Of a DNA stretch of 64,000 bases, positions 9,749 through 19,921 are shown one piece after another. The stretch's first letter is position 1. The number at the start of each line of letters is the position of its first letter. The DNA lies in the IMG/VR virus record IMGVR_UViG_3300031834_000002, positions 25,805 through 89,804 of that record. The stretch is one strand, 5' to 3'. The DNA is from a virus. The notes beneath the pieces were generated by a model. It was given only the letters and a program-made list of their open reading frames with translations, ran no database searches and was not told the DNA's origin. The translations under genes were made by a program, and so were the position numbers.

Positions 9749-10839
9749 AAAATAAAGAAACAAAATGGACACAAGATAAGTTAGATTTATTAAAAGTTTA
9801 TTTATCAGAAGGAAGGACTATCGTTAAAATCGCACAACTTATGAATCTAACCTATGGGGCGGTTGAAAAAACTATAACAAGATATAATCTTCGTATAGGT
9901 ATTAAAGAGACTAATGAAACAAAAACAAAACAGAAAAAAGATTTATCAAAAGAAATTATACAAACTCTTAAAGATGAACTTAGTCAGATTAAACCTTACG
10001 AACCTGCTAAACAAAGTAAAATAGATGTAAAAGGAGATACATTAGTTATTCAACTTACAGACCTTCATGCTGGAAAAATAGTAAAAGACCAAGAAGGCAA
10101 AGTTGTTTATGATGAAAATATTTTTAGACAGAGAATGGACAAATTATGTAAACAAATTTTAAAATTACTTGATAACAATATTATAAAAGGAGTTCCTATT
10201 ACAGATGTTGTAATTTTAAGCACTGGAGACCTTGCAAATGGAGAAGGAATTTATGCCACACAAGCATTTGAACAGGAATTAGCACCTCCAAGACAAACTA
10301 TGTTAGTTGTTGAAGTTATACAGAAATTAATTGTCTCGTTATTAGATAGAAAATTACCAGTTCGTTTTGCAGGTATAAGAGGGAATCATGGAAGAACTGG
10401 AAAAGATACTGATATAGCAAGTAATTGGGACTTAATGATTTATATGATTTTAGATTTTTGGGCAAAAGTAGTTTTGAAGAATTCTAAATTACAAATTAAA
10501 TATGCAGAAACAGAACAAATGAAACTCGATATTCGTGGACATGGATATTTAATCCGTCATATTTGTCCAGAACAAGTTGACTCTCCTGCTGGTCGTGTAA
10601 AAATAAATGAATGGGCAAGAAGACATGATGTAGAAGGTATAGTTTATGGACATTATCATCATGCAGGTATATTTGATTGTGATTCTATTAGAGTCTTTCG
10701 TGGAGGGTCAACTGTAGGAGGAGATTCATTATCGGAAAACATGGCAAAACATAGCGAACCTCTACAATTATGTTGGGGAGTTAATGAACATCGAGTATCT
10801 ACTTTTATTTATTTAGTAGATTTAGGAGAAAAAATATAA
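9745..10839 (+). CDS. HTH plus metallophosphoesterase
   Basis: N-terminal WT..../IAQLM HTH; TDLH, GD, GNHG and GHYH motifs. Confidence 0.85.
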   Translation: MKNKETKWTQDKLDLLKVYLSEGRTIVKIAQLMNLTYGAVEKTITRYNLRIGIKETNETKTKQKKDLSKEIIQTLKDELSQIKPYEPAKQSKIDVKGDTLVIQLTDLHAGKIVKDQEGKVVYDENIFRQRMDKLCKQILKLLDNNIIKGVPITDVVILSTGDLANGEGIYATQAFEQELAPPRQTMLVVEVIQKLIVSLLDRKLPVRFAGIRGNHGRTGKDTDIASNWDLMIYMILDFWAKVVLKNSKLQIKYAETEQMKLDIRGHGYLIRHICPEQVDSPAGRVKINEWARRHDVEGIVYGHYHHAGIFDCDSIRVFRGGSTVGGDSLSENMAKHSEPLQLCWGVNEHRVSTFIYLVDLGEKI

Positions 10840-10840
10840 A

Positions 10841-11074
10841 ATGATAGCAACCATCATAACTATTCAACGCAAACTTAGCCAATACGGAGGATATTATTTT
10901 CTTGTTACAATGAAAGGCGAAAATAGTAAAAGTTATTTTACTTACATCTATCCGAAGATGAGAAATTATTCGCATTGGAAACCTCTTTTAAAAGAAGGCA
11001 TTACTTTGACTGGTTTAAATATAAAGTCTAAAAACTTAATCGACGCAGATAGTTTAATTAAGGAAATAAAATAA
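10841..11074 (+). CDS. hypothetical protein
   Basis: ORF in operon context. Confidence 0.55.
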   Translation: MIATIITIQRKLSQYGGYYFLVTMKGENSKSYFTYIYPKMRNYSHWKPLLKEGITLTGLNIKSKNLIDADSLIKEIK

Positions 11075-11278
11075 TGCTAATTATTGGTATACTTATATTA
11101 TTATTTTTAGTATGTGATTATTTAAGTGTTAATTAAGGAGAAATGTTAAATATATTTACAAGATAGTAATCGGTAAGTTTTCGGTAAGTCATTTTTGCTA
11201 ATTGGTAAAGTTATATTAAAAACAATAAATACATTAACAGAAGAAAATAGAATAATTATTTAAGAAAGAAAAAATATA

Positions 11279-12154
11279 ATGATAAGAACAATAATTTGTG
11301 GCGACCTACATATCGACGAACGCAGTATTCCAGAGATAGACAGTATATTTTCTAATGATATTCTATCTATTGAATCAGATAGGTTTATTCAACTTGGGGA
11401 CTGGTTTCAATCAAATCGCCCTACTCCTTTAGAGCTTACATATTCTACACAATTAGTTTTAAAATTAAAGCAACATTATAAAGAAATAGTCATTCTTTCA
11501 GGAACAGGCGAACACGACCTATTGCATAATGAAAGTGTCATTTCGCATTTAGCGTCTTTAGGCGTGAAAACTATTAAAGGAGATTATATAGATAATACTA
11601 TTCTTTATGGTCATTTTATGGTAAATGAATCACGTTTTGCTTTCGGAACAGCAAGATGTGGTCTAAAAGATTTAGAAAAATATCAATATGTCTTCTTAGG
11701 ACATCAACATAGTCCTCAAGACCTTACAACGACAATATTTCATGTAGGGTCAATTAGATATTGTTCTTTTAATGAAGTAGAAGATAGAAAACAAATCATG
11801 ATATTACAAGATGGATTAATTGCCAATATAGAATTAAAATCTCTAATACCAATGTTAGATGTTACAGATGTAACAAAATTAGAACAATTAGAACCTCGTA
11901 ATAAAGTAAGAGTTATATTTAATTCTTTTGAAGATTATAAGAAAAATGCTTCTTATGTAAATAAGTTAGGGAAGAAATTTTTTCAATTTAAAATTTTGAC
12001 TAACTTTAAGGAATCTAATATTTTAGTGCAATCTTCTAATAGATTAGATATTAAAATTAATAAATCAAATATCATATCGAGTTATTTAGATAACATAAAA
12101 GATATAGAGGTTCGCAACTTATTGAAAGAACAATTTAATGAAAACAAAACATAA
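11279..12154 (+). CDS. sbcD: SbcD/Mre11 (gp47-like) nuclease
   Basis: GDLH, LGD, GEHD, LGHQH, GS motifs; SbcC gene downstream. Confidence 0.8.
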   Translation: MIRTIICGDLHIDERSIPEIDSIFSNDILSIESDRFIQLGDWFQSNRPTPLELTYSTQLVLKLKQHYKEIVILSGTGEHDLLHNESVISHLASLGVKTIKGDYIDNTILYGHFMVNESRFAFGTARCGLKDLEKYQYVFLGHQHSPQDLTTTIFHVGSIRYCSFNEVEDRKQIMILQDGLIANIELKSLIPMLDVTDVTKLEQLEPRNKVRVIFNSFEDYKKNASYVNKLGKKFFQFKILTNFKESNILVQSSNRLDIKINKSNIISSYLDNIKDIEVRNLLKEQFNENKT

Positions 12155-12758
12155 TATTAAAACATGTAGATGTGCTTCTTGTGCATCTTTACGAGGAGAA
12201 ACTAAAGGGGTTAATCATCCCAATTTTAAGGATGGTAGAAGTTTAAAATTATATTATTGTAAAGATTGTGGTAAACAAATAACTTGGCAAGCTATAAGAT
12301 GTTTATCTTGTGCTTCTAAATTAAGAATAGGGAAAAGAGAAAATAATCCTAATTGGTTAGGAGGATTTCTTCGAAATAAATGCATCGATTGTAATGAATC
12401 TATAAGTGTATATGTATCAAGATGTCAAGAATGTTATTTAAAAACTATTAAAGGTAAAAATCATCCTATGTATATTGATGGTTTGACTCTTTCTCCTTAT
12501 TCTTCCAAATTCACTAAAAAGTTAAAACAACAAATAAGAGATAGAGATAATCACGAATGTCGGTTATGTTATAAAACCGAAAAACAAGAATTGAAAAAAT
12601 TGAACAAAGTATTGTCTATTCATCATATTGATTATAATAGGCATAATTGTTTACATGAAAATTTAATAACAGTTTGTAATGCTTGCAATTTAAAAGTCAA
12701 TGCTAACAGAGATTATTATTATGCTTATTTTAATTATATTTTAAAAAAGTCAATTTAA
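12138..12758 (+). CDS. HNH homing endonuclease with CxxC repeats
   Basis: IRDRDNHEC, IHHIDYN, VNANRDYY; paralog of the ORFs at 2219 and 49294. Confidence 0.85.
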   Translation: MKTKHNIKTCRCASCASLRGETKGVNHPNFKDGRSLKLYYCKDCGKQITWQAIRCLSCASKLRIGKRENNPNWLGGFLRNKCIDCNESISVYVSRCQECYLKTIKGKNHPMYIDGLTLSPYSSKFTKKLKQQIRDRDNHECRLCYKTEKQELKKLNKVLSIHHIDYNRHNCLHENLITVCNACNLKVNANRDYYYAYFNYILKKSI

Positions 12759-12919
12759 GGAGAATATATGAAATTATCTAAATATTTTTTTATTATATAC
12801 TGTTTTATTTTCGGACATGAATTTAAAAATATAGGTAATCAAAATGGCAGATATTTAAAATGTATTAGATGTAAATTAACTATAAACAAAATAGACAAAT
12901 TTTTTAAAGGATAATATAA

Positions 12920-13159
12920 ATGAAATTAGTGCAAATGGGATTTAAACAAGCATTTGAATATATATTAGATTTATTATGTTATTCGTATTATGTTAAGGCA
13001 GACAATTTAGTATCAGATACCACTTTTGATGAACTTGAAAAACTTTATTGTAAAATATTTAATACTCGAACAGCACCAAATCGAGCACATGAGCGAGATG
13101 GTTGCTATACTACAGGAATTAAAGTTATATATGATTTTTATAAAGGAATAAAAAAATAA
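12920..13159 (+). CDS. stand-alone protein resembling the N-terminal (Ia) domain of NAD+-dependent DNA ligase
   Basis: YYVKADNLVSDTTFDELEK resembles YYxxDxPxISDxEYDxL. Confidence 0.65.
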   Translation: MKLVQMGFKQAFEYILDLLCYSYYVKADNLVSDTTFDELEKLYCKIFNTRTAPNRAHERDGCYTTGIKVIYDFYKGIKK

Positions 13160-13161
13160 AT

Positions 13162-13404
13162 ATGGATAAACTTACAACTCAAATAAAATTATTAAATCAA
13201 ATTTATAAAGATATGAGATATAATTTAGAAACACTTAAAAAAATGTTTAAAAATGAATCAGGGATAAAACAAAAAATTGTATTAGTAGAAGCATTAACTA
13301 ATCAAATATATATGTCTATAATGGAGAAAATAGAAACAAAGGAAATAAATGAACAGTTTTTTAATATTATAAAGGATATAAGGAAAGAGAAAAATAATGA
13401 ATAA
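13162..13404 (+). CDS. hypothetical protein
   Basis: ORF in operon context. Confidence 0.55.
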   Translation: MDKLTTQIKLLNQIYKDMRYNLETLKKMFKNESGIKQKIVLVEALTNQIYMSIMEKIETKEINEQFFNIIKDIRKEKNNE

Positions 13405-13703
13405 AGATGTTTATAGTTTTGGAAAATGTAGAGAATGTAATAAAAATACAGCATTAAAGAATGGATATTGCGTCGAATGTAAAGAACACGATATGCCAGA
13501 TTTTTTGAAAGATTTATTCAGACAAAAGGAGAACAATAATGAATCTTAAAATAAAAATAAGAAAAATATTAAATGAAGGTTTAGTATTACCTATTTTAAG
13601 ATTAAGAGAAACGCATCCTGAATATACATTTACAGAAAAAGGATATAATATGTTATTAGATAATACTACAGAAGAAATAATAAAACTATTAGGAAAAGAA
13701 TAA

Positions 13704-13973
13704 ATGAATAATTTAATTTGGAAATATGGTCATCTTTATGCACCATGTAATTGTGAAAAAGTTCATAAGTTCGTGAATTTTACTACATTATGTCCATATA
13801 CAAATCCTATAACTGCTGACGATTATAAAGAATATCATAAAAATATTGATATTGTTGCTAATAAATTAAAATGTTTGGGATTTAAATTTATAATGGGAGT
13901 TATGATAGGTAGTCATTCTGATATAGACAAAAACACGATTGAAAGAATATTACAACAGAAAGTTATAGAATGA
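13704..13973 (+). CDS. hypothetical protein
   Basis: ORF overlapping the sbcC start (ATGA). Confidence 0.55.
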   Translation: MNNLIWKYGHLYAPCNCEKVHKFVNFTTLCPYTNPITADDYKEYHKNIDIVANKLKCLGFKFIMGVMIGSHSDIDKNTIERILQQKVIE

Positions 13974-15697
13974 TACTAAAATCAATTAACCTCAAAACTT
14001 TTAAATGTTTCGAAGATTATTCTGTCTCCTTTGACAAGATTAATTTACTTTCTGGTGCTATTGGCATTGGCAAAAGCACGATTTTAGAAGGATTAATCTT
14101 TGCTCTTTATGGATATTATTCTGGAGTTCTTGCCGACCTACCTACCAGAGATAAGTCGAAATCATGCACTGCAATGGTTATAATAGAGGATAATGGACAT
14201 ATTATAGAGATTATTAGGGATTATCCTTTAAAATTGACCATTAAAGAGGATGGAAAAATCTTAAAAATGTCCACAAGCGAAGGTAATACCTATTTAATAG
14301 ATAGATTTGGTAGTAGGCAAGATTTTTTCCAGTTTCGTATTGTTGATGCTTACAGTAAAGAAACTAATCTTTTGGAACAAGGTAATGTAGTTTTTAAGAA
14401 AATACTTTTCGCAGGAACAGACGAAAAATTTAATGAAGTAAGAAATAATCTAAATATAATTAAACTTGAACGAGAAAAATTAAATAAAGATTCAGTTGTA
14501 GTTTATAAACATTATCCATCTGAAAAACGTCTAAATACCCTAATTACTAATTTAGTAGATATTAATAATTCGTTAGTAATTGCAAATAGTAATATTGCAA
14601 CGATTGAAAAAGAACTAAGAGAAGATGAATTAAAACTTTCTCGAAATGAATCTCGACATGGAGAAATACAACGAATTGTAGGAGAATATTGCAAACAAAT
14701 AGAAAATATAGATACTATCCGTTCTTCTTATGATAGTTCCTTACAAACTGTTGAAACTCGTATTAAAACTTTAGAGAAAGATATTGAAAATTTTAAAAAA
14801 CAATTGGAAGAAATAGATAAACAATCGGATACTATAAAAACTACTGCTATTTGTTATGTATGTAAACAACCTTTAAATCAACATACTGCCGAAGACATTA
14901 TGAAAGAAAAAATTACTAAGAAAGAGGAATTATCGCTTAATATAAAAAGATATAAACATGATATAGAGATAACACAAGAAAATATTAAAACTTTAAAAGA
15001 AAATATTATGATAGAACGAAAAAAACGAGCCGATGAATTGGCAAAAGAATTAGAAAATATAAGAAACGAAGATATTGAACTTTGTCATGACATTCCTCGT
15101 TTATTGAATGATATTCAAAACACCAAAGAAATTATTATACAAAATAAAGAATCAAAAGATAAACTTCTTTTAAGAAAAGAAAGATTACAAGTATTAATAA
15201 TAAAACTCGAAGCTCGTTTACAACAGAAACAATACATCTATACTGAAAAAGATATAATTGTGGTTAAAAAAGCAATCGAAGAATTGGATAAACTTTCCAG
15301 TGTATATTTAGTGTCAACAGTGCAATCTCTTGAGCCAATTATAAATTCTATTTTAGAAAAAATAGGATTCCAGATAACATTTGATGTAGATATTAAAGGA
15401 AAATTTAATATAATTCTTAGTAAAGAAGACATTCAATACAAATATTCTGACCTTAGTTGCGGTCAACGTCTTATTCTACAAATAGCATTAAAATTATCAT
15501 TGCTTCTGCAACAAAGTAAAACAGGAATTATTTTAAGTGATGAAGGATTATCTGCACTTGAAAATAACAATCTGGAAGACATTATTAATTTATTTAAAGA
15601 ACTACAATTTCAATTAGTCTTCGTTTTACATCGTGCTTCAATTGAAGACACAGAAATAAATACTATCAGATTAGGAGAACAACATGACACTATATGA
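13970..15697 (+). CDS. sbcC: SbcC/Rad50 (gp46-like) ATPase
   Basis: Walker A GAIGIGKST, coiled coils with CYVC zinc hook, LSCGQ signature, Walker B ILSDE, H-loop. Confidence 0.92.
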   Translation: MILKSINLKTFKCFEDYSVSFDKINLLSGAIGIGKSTILEGLIFALYGYYSGVLADLPTRDKSKSCTAMVIIEDNGHIIEIIRDYPLKLTIKEDGKILKMSTSEGNTYLIDRFGSRQDFFQFRIVDAYSKETNLLEQGNVVFKKILFAGTDEKFNEVRNNLNIIKLEREKLNKDSVVVYKHYPSEKRLNTLITNLVDINNSLVIANSNIATIEKELREDELKLSRNESRHGEIQRIVGEYCKQIENIDTIRSSYDSSLQTVETRIKTLEKDIENFKKQLEEIDKQSDTIKTTAICYVCKQPLNQHTAEDIMKEKITKKEELSLNIKRYKHDIEITQENIKTLKENIMIERKKRADELAKELENIRNEDIELCHDIPRLLNDIQNTKEIIIQNKESKDKLLLRKERLQVLIIKLEARLQQKQYIYTEKDIIVVKKAIEELDKLSSVYLVSTVQSLEPIINSILEKIGFQITFDVDIKGKFNIILSKEDIQYKYSDLSCGQRLILQIALKLSLLLQQSKTGIILSDEGLSALENNNLEDIINLFKELQFQLVFVLHRASIEDTEINTIRLGEQHDTI

Positions 15698-15858
15698 TAT
15701 AATAGAAATAAAAAAAATAATGAATGTCGAAGATAAAAAATTATGTAGTAAATGTATTAATATACTACTTAATTATGCTTGGAATTATTTCCATATAAAT
15801 AAAACTAAAACAGATAGAATTTTAGATAATTTAATCGAAAAATATAAAGGAGCATCTA

Positions 15859-16224
15859 ATGAAAAATAAATGCCCTAAAAATGTTATAATGTTTAGCGAC
15901 CCGATTTATTGTCAAGATTTTATGGTAGTTGTAACTCCTTCTCATACTAAATATAGAAAGATAATGAAAAAAATGTTAAATTTTGATGTAGAAAAAGATG
16001 ATTCTTGTAGCGGATGTTTTCAAGTAATTCATAATAAAACAAGAGGAGATTTAGGTATTATATGGATTCCTAATAAACAAACTACATTAATTCACGAATT
16101 GTTTCATGCAACTTCATGGTTAATGAGAAATCGAGATATAACGCTTGATTCAGAAGGAGCAGAAGAGGCATGGGCGTATCATATATCTTATCTTTATAAA
16201 GAGATTAAAGAAAGATTAAAATGA
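15859..16224 (+). CDS. HExxH zincin-like small protein
   Basis: LIHELFHA...EEAWAY. Confidence 0.65.
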   Translation: MKNKCPKNVIMFSDPIYCQDFMVVVTPSHTKYRKIMKKMLNFDVEKDDSCSGCFQVIHNKTRGDLGIIWIPNKQTTLIHELFHATSWLMRNRDITLDSEGAEEAWAYHISYLYKEIKERLK

Positions 16225-16844
16225 TACAAATGAAAAATAAAACTACGATAAAAATTTGTAAAGAATGTAAAAAAGAATTCTTTATAAATTATTATTTTCA
16301 TAATGCTCGAAAATATTGTTCTGATATTTGTCATAAAGAAGCACATAATAAATCCAGTAAAAAATATAATCGCAAAAATAAACAAAAAAGAAAAGATTAT
16401 AATAAAAAATATTATCAAACACATCGAAAATTAATTTTAAAGAGCCAAAAGCAATATAGAGAAAAAAATAAAAAACAACTTAAAGTAAAACGAATTAAAA
16501 ACAAAGAAAAATTAAGATTAAATTTTCAAAAATGGTTAAAAAATCCTATTAATCGATTAATTTATAATTATCGAATTAGACTTTCTCATGTATTATCATC
16601 TGGTATTAAAGATATACCTACTTTAAAATTAATAGGTTGCACAATAGAATTTTTAAAGAACCATTTAGAAAAACAGTTTACTAAAGGTATGTCTTGGTCA
16701 AATTACGGTAAGTGGCATGTTGACCACATTAAACAATGTTGTCTATTTAATTTATCTAAAAAAAGTGAACAATTTAAATGCTTTAACTATAAGAATCTTC
16801 GCCCTTTGTGGGCGAAAGATAATTTTAAAAGACCAAAAAGATGA
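16221..16844 (+). CDS. HNH-type endonuclease with basic coiled N-terminus
   Basis: LIGCT...HLEKQF..GMSWSNYGKWHVDHI...NLRPLWAKDN. Confidence 0.85.
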   Translation: MIQMKNKTTIKICKECKKEFFINYYFHNARKYCSDICHKEAHNKSSKKYNRKNKQKRKDYNKKYYQTHRKLILKSQKQYREKNKKQLKVKRIKNKEKLRLNFQKWLKNPINRLIYNYRIRLSHVLSSGIKDIPTLKLIGCTIEFLKNHLEKQFTKGMSWSNYGKWHVDHIKQCCLFNLSKKSEQFKCFNYKNLRPLWAKDNFKRPKR

Positions 16845-17015
16845 AAAACTATTTCGACAAATTAAATTATTATTGTATTCGTTGTCATAATTTATGGCTT
16901 TTAAGGTCTAATGGATATATAGAAGTCGAAGAAATAAAAAGATGGTTTAAAGATGTAGATATTGAACATTTTATAATTTGTGAAAATTTTAGAAAATCAC
17001 AAGGAGGAAAATAAC

Positions 17016-17213
17016 ATGAATTGTGGAAAATGTGGTAAAGAAATGGTATCAATTGGAGAACCTCAAATGGTTCTACAGGAAGTTAAGGAAGAAGGGAAAA
17101 CTTTTCCAACTAAAGTAATTTGTTTTTTATATCATTTTTTTGGATGTAAAGATTGTCAAGTAAAATCATCACAGGCAGAATTGAAAGAATATTTTGAAAA
17201 GAAGGAGGAATAA
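17016..17213 (+). CDS. small zinc-ribbon protein
   Basis: CGKC...CKDC; AGGAGG RBS before the ATG. Confidence 0.6.
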   Translation: MNCGKCGKEMVSIGEPQMVLQEVKEEGKTFPTKVICFLYHFFGCKDCQVKSSQAELKEYFEKKEE

Positions 17214-17624
17214 ATGAAAGATTATATTGGGCAAATTTGTGCATATTATTTGAATAAAAGAAGTAAAAATCAACAAGCGAAGAAACAACAACTTAATGAC
17301 GAAAAGTTAAAAGAAGTTTATACCCGATTACAACAACTTGCGTCTTTTGTTAAATTCTTACATGAAAAAGTTTTTGTAAATCGACATGAAAGAAAAGCAT
17401 TTTGGAAAGATGTTCAAGATGGTAAACCTGTTATGGAAGATATACTTAAACGATTATTAGAACGTTATGGTGTAAAAAAAGAAACAATGGAAGAACTTGA
17501 AAGACGTAAACAAGAATCTATAAAACAAAGGCAAGAAAAAGAAGAAGCAAATCGCAAAAGAATGGAAGAACAAAATAAAGCAAAAGAACCGCCAAAACAA
17601 GAAGAAAAGAAAGATGAAAAATAA
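17214..17624 (+). CDS. hypothetical charged protein
   Basis: GGAGG RBS; coiled C-terminus. Confidence 0.65.
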   Translation: MKDYIGQICAYYLNKRSKNQQAKKQQLNDEKLKEVYTRLQQLASFVKFLHEKVFVNRHERKAFWKDVQDGKPVMEDILKRLLERYGVKKETMEELERRKQESIKQRQEKEEANRKRMEEQNKAKEPPKQEEKKDEK

Positions 17625-18330
17625 AATTGCTTTGATTACAGGAGCAAGTCGGGGTATAGGAAAACAAATCGGATTAGATTTGTTAGATAAAGATTATCAT
17701 GTAATTTTTAATGGCAGAACTTGTCGAAATTTAGATATAATAGCGGAAGAATTACGCCAAAAAAATATAACTGATTTTGATTTATGGGAAGCAGATTTGT
17801 CTAATATTGATGAAATTTATAATATTAATACTCCTTTTCCTGATTTAGATGTTCTTGTTTTAAATGCTGGAATGACCGATAGAACTCCATTTGGCGAGGT
17901 ATCTCTTTCTAATTGGGATAAAATATTCAATACTAATTTAAAAGTTCCTTTCTTCTTAGTTCAAACATTAAAAGATAAAATAAAACCAAATGGAAAAATA
18001 ATATTTATAAGTTCTATTGCAGGATGCACAACAGATTCTACTTCTATAACATATGGGGTCTCAAAAGGTGCTATTCATATTTTAGTGCCCAATTTAGCTA
18101 AAGCATTTGCATCAAAAAATATAACTGTTAATGCAGTTTGTCCTGCTTATATCGATAGCGATTGGCATATAGGTAAATCTAAGGCACAAATAGAACGAAT
18201 AGCAAATAAACATCTGGTAAAAAGATTAGGAACAATAAAAGAAGTATCTAAAGCAGTGTTAAGTATAATAGATAACGATTTTATCAATGGGCAGGTCGTT
18301 CGTGTAGATGGAGGATTTGGAATTGGATAA
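17614..18330 (+). CDS. short-chain dehydrogenase/reductase (SDR)
   Basis: TGASRGIG, LNAG, ISS, YGVSK, DGG. Confidence 0.92.
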   Translation: MKNKIALITGASRGIGKQIGLDLLDKDYHVIFNGRTCRNLDIIAEELRQKNITDFDLWEADLSNIDEIYNINTPFPDLDVLVLNAGMTDRTPFGEVSLSNWDKIFNTNLKVPFFLVQTLKDKIKPNGKIIFISSIAGCTTDSTSITYGVSKGAIHILVPNLAKAFASKNITVNAVCPAYIDSDWHIGKSKAQIERIANKHLVKRLGTIKEVSKAVLSIIDNDFINGQVVRVDGGFGIG

Positions 18331-18823
18331 AATAGAATTTAATCCTAAAGTGCTTGGTTCATATTTTGAAAATAATGTGCGAGAAATGTGTAAATCTTGC
18401 AAACGTTATAATATTAGTTCATCTTGTCCTCCTCATATAGAAACAATAGAATATTATAAAGAATTACTTCCTACTTATTGTAATGGAGTATTATTTATCA
18501 AAAAATTTATTATAAATGATATAAAAAACTGGCAAGAATTAGGAAGAAATTCAAGTGAAGAATTGAGAATAGAAATGAAACCATTTATAGATGGATGTAT
18601 TTATGAAGGTTGCGATGAATATGACTATTATGGTGCTGGCTCATGTAAAAATTGTATAAAATGTTCTTATCCATGTAAATTTCCTAATAAACAATTAATT
18701 CCTATAGAAGGAACTGGTATTAATGTAATAAAATTAGTTAAAGATTTAGCAAATATAGATATTAAATTTCCTGTAGAAAATTATGGATATTTTTATAGAG
18801 TAGGACTGATATTATGGGATTGA
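18308..18823 (+). CDS. DUF2284-like Cys-rich metal-binding protein
   Basis: CKSCKRY..SSSCPP; GAGSCKNCIKC..PC..P; PIEGTGINV. Confidence 0.75.
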   Translation: MEDLELDKIEFNPKVLGSYFENNVREMCKSCKRYNISSSCPPHIETIEYYKELLPTYCNGVLFIKKFIINDIKNWQELGRNSSEELRIEMKPFIDGCIYEGCDEYDYYGAGSCKNCIKCSYPCKFPNKQLIPIEGTGINVIKLVKDLANIDIKFPVENYGYFYRVGLILWD

Positions 18824-19266
18824 AAAAAATAATCTACAGTTCTGGTTCGTATGACCTTTTCCATTTTGGTCATCTAAATGTGCTTCTACAAGCTAAAAAG
18901 TTAGGTTCTATTCTTATTGTAGGAGTTAGTTCGGATAAACTTATAAAATCTTATAAAGGATTAAACCCTATAATTTGTTATAAAGATAGAGCCTCCATTG
19001 TTAAACAATTGAAATGTGTAGATAAAGTAATTAAACAAGATACTTTCTTTGATATTAAACAATTACATAAATACAAAATAGATATTATTGTTCTTGGAGA
19101 CGATTGGAAAGAAAAATCTTTTCCTGAATTAGAAAAATGTCTTAAAGAACTTAATATAAAAATAATATATGTGCCTTATACTAAACGATTGTCAACTTCT
19201 ACTATTAAAGAGACAATTATTAATAATGCCGTCAAAATTATCAAGGCACAAGTAAAAAGAATATGA
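18814..19266 (+). CDS. tagD: TagD-like (glycerol-3-phosphate-type) cytidylyltransferase
   Basis: GSYDLFHFGH (HxGH), GVSSD, GDDW, RLSTS. Confidence 0.9.
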   Translation: MGLKKIIYSSGSYDLFHFGHLNVLLQAKKLGSILIVGVSSDKLIKSYKGLNPIICYKDRASIVKQLKCVDKVIKQDTFFDIKQLHKYKIDIIVLGDDWKEKSFPELEKCLKELNIKIIYVPYTKRLSTSTIKETIINNAVKIIKAQVKRI

Positions 19267-19324
19267 AAACAAGAAAAGAATTAGATAAATATAATAAAAA
19301 ATCCCAAAATAAATATCATAAAAA

Positions 19325-19921
19325 ATGGCAAAAGAAAAGATGATAGAACCTATTTATAATAGAGAATATTTTAGTGATAGAAACGAAGACCTAAAAAATC
19401 AGCATATTAAAGATATTTTAGATTTAATAGAATTTTTTAAAGATGTATTTAACTTAAAACTTTATATCGGTTATGGAACTCTCTTAGGTGCTATTAGAGA
19501 ACATGATTTTATTACACACGATAAAGATATTGATTTAGTTTATATAAGTGCTTATGAATCGAAAGAACAAATTAAAAGAGAACTTTTATTTAAAATTGCA
19601 GAAATATTAAAACAATATAATATGTTAGTAAAAGATTTTAATAATAGAGGTCAATTACATGTAAGAGTTCCAAATGGAAGTTTAGTTGTAGATATTTTTA
19701 CCTCTTGGATTTCTAATAATATGTATAATCTTGTTCCTTTTGGAGAACTTTGTTCAAAAGATATAATTTATCCTTTTAAATCTTGTTTACTTAGAAATGC
19801 ATATTTTGAAATTCCTAATCAAAGTGAAGTATTGCTTAATATTTTATATAAAGATTGGATGAATTCAATACCAAAAAATGAAAACTATTTAAAACTTTTA
19901 AAAAGGAACGATTTAAAATGA
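19325..19921 (+). CDS. licD: LicD/fukutin-family phosphotransferase
   Basis: YGTLLGAIREHDFITHDKDID; C-terminal P...LY.DW. Confidence 0.88.
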   Translation: MAKEKMIEPIYNREYFSDRNEDLKNQHIKDILDLIEFFKDVFNLKLYIGYGTLLGAIREHDFITHDKDIDLVYISAYESKEQIKRELLFKIAEILKQYNMLVKDFNNRGQLHVRVPNGSLVVDIFTSWISNNMYNLVPFGELCSKDIIYPFKSCLLRNAYFEIPNQSEVLLNILYKDWMNSIPKNENYLKLLKRNDLK

